Of a stretch of 64,000 nt of DNA, positions 62,657 through 64,000 are shown piece by piece. The first letter of the stretch is position 1. Each line of letters starts with the position of its first letter. This stretch comes from Orbicella franksi. Lineage: Eukaryota. The position numbers were made by a program, and so were the translations under genes. The notes beneath the pieces are model-generated. The model was not told the origin of the DNA. It worked only from the letters and a program-made list of their open reading frames with translations, and did not search any database. The stretch is taken from the NCBI GenBank assembly GCA_964199315.1, contig OZ116698.1, positions 42,160,001 to 42,224,000 of the forward strand, given 5' to 3'.

Positions 62657-64000
62657 CGATAAATATGCTATTTTTACGCTAGAAATATCCGTTCCAAGAC
62701 CGGGTTTACTCAAGGATATTTCATCTTTTGTGTCAACTCTTCGCACTTTGCTCATAACCGTGTCTAGGTAACCACGCCAGGCTTGGATATCCACAATTTC
62801 ATGTTGATTACGTCGTTTTGTCCAACATATTATTGGTCGAGTATTTAACAACATTTAGCATAGAAAAACCTAAAAATGACAAAGATATCATGAAAAAGAA
62901 AATATATCTATGATATGCATAATCAGCAGGTTTTATTTCGTTTGCTAGGACATTCCAAACACCAAATTTAATGCATTGGCACCAAATATTCTTGAGATTG
63001 TCGCGACAACCAGCTTATTTCAGGTTATTTACTTTTGCCGAATGTCGCCTTTGAATGTTAAAGGAAATACTGCGCTTTAAAGACTTTAGGATAGTAAACC
63101 CAGAGGAAGTTGTTATAAATTATAATTCATTTCAGACACTCTCTGGCCAAATTCCACGATTAATGACCAGTTTTAATTTCATACAGTTCAATTTGTCCAA
63201 AAAATACAGAAACAAAGCCTTCTCCACTTACTTTTACCAAGAGGGACGAGTTTTCTTTTCAAATTTAAAGATTTTTAAGGGGACGCATATCGTAAGATAA
63301 GGGCTTTTGACAAAAAAATATCATGGTAAAACCCGAGCTGTCGAACTTCCCTGAGAAATATTATACACGGAAAGAGGAAGCAGTGCTAATACCATCTAGG
63401 AATAAACCTAGTCCGAGCACAAAAAGGAAATAACACATTATCAAGGCAAATAAGTTAATACGTCTTCTCCTCTTGAGACTTCTGTTGGTCACCTCTAGAG
63501 ACTATCAGAAGCTTATATCAATAAATTAAGCTTTTATATATTCATACATTTTATTTTCATAATGGGTTGACTAGCACGTATGGTTCGTCAGTTCCCTTCT
63601 AGTCTACCTCACTGCCTTCTTATGTACTAAGATTTTTTTTTATTAATGTGGTTATTACAATTATTATTAATAATATTATTATTTTGTAATATCGTTTAGG
63701 ATTTTTTTCTTTGTTATATAATCGCAGTGAAAATTGAATAAATCAATAAAGGCGACAGAAATTTCTACAGGATACAAGAAATTACAGCAAACACCCAAAA
63801 TTGCTTTGCTCGTCTAGCAATTGTTTTGGCTGCACTACATTTTAGTTTCAAAAGTTTTCATTTCAGTTCACTGTGAGCTTCATGGCTGCGTCCGAAATAA
63901 CTGAAACGAAAGTCAGCTTTAAGTCCATAAAACAATGCCCTTGTGTTTCTTACATAGGTGCTCATATCATTCACACAGTATCTCACACCTACGTATGAAA

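Overview
Eukaryotic, intron-rich, AT-rich genomic DNA. The gene set and the SINE/MITE landscape suggest a cnidarian, most likely a stony coral (inference from recalled repeat families, not a database match). Four spliced protein-coding genes were reconstructed by hand with GT-AG boundaries and consistent reading phase: (1) ARNT/HIF-1beta-type bHLH-PAS factor (+, 5'-truncated by the window edge, 13 exons, stop at 10495); (2) USP3 deubiquitinase (+, 18487-27250, 16 exons, 510 aa); (3) NCKX/SLC24A K+-dependent Na+/Ca2+ exchanger (+, 39641-48590, 7 core exons); (4) Homer (-, 62656-53927, 9 exons, 382 aa), convergent with NCKX. Introns and intergenic DNA are packed with non-autonomous DNA transposons (MITEs), tRNA-derived SINEs and LINE 3' fragments, several of them nested. 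No prokaryotic features, CRISPR array, rRNA, tRNA gene or intact transposase were seen. I found no unambiguous new biological system. The best leads are: a possible Homer1a/Ania-3-like short Homer isoform, a 66-codon in-frame N-terminal extension of Homer, a possible TAD-less ARNT isoform, a uORF stack and a 10-nt microexon in NCKX, a three-level nested transposon, a candidate small secreted-peptide gene, and linkage of all four genes that parallels human 15q22-q25.
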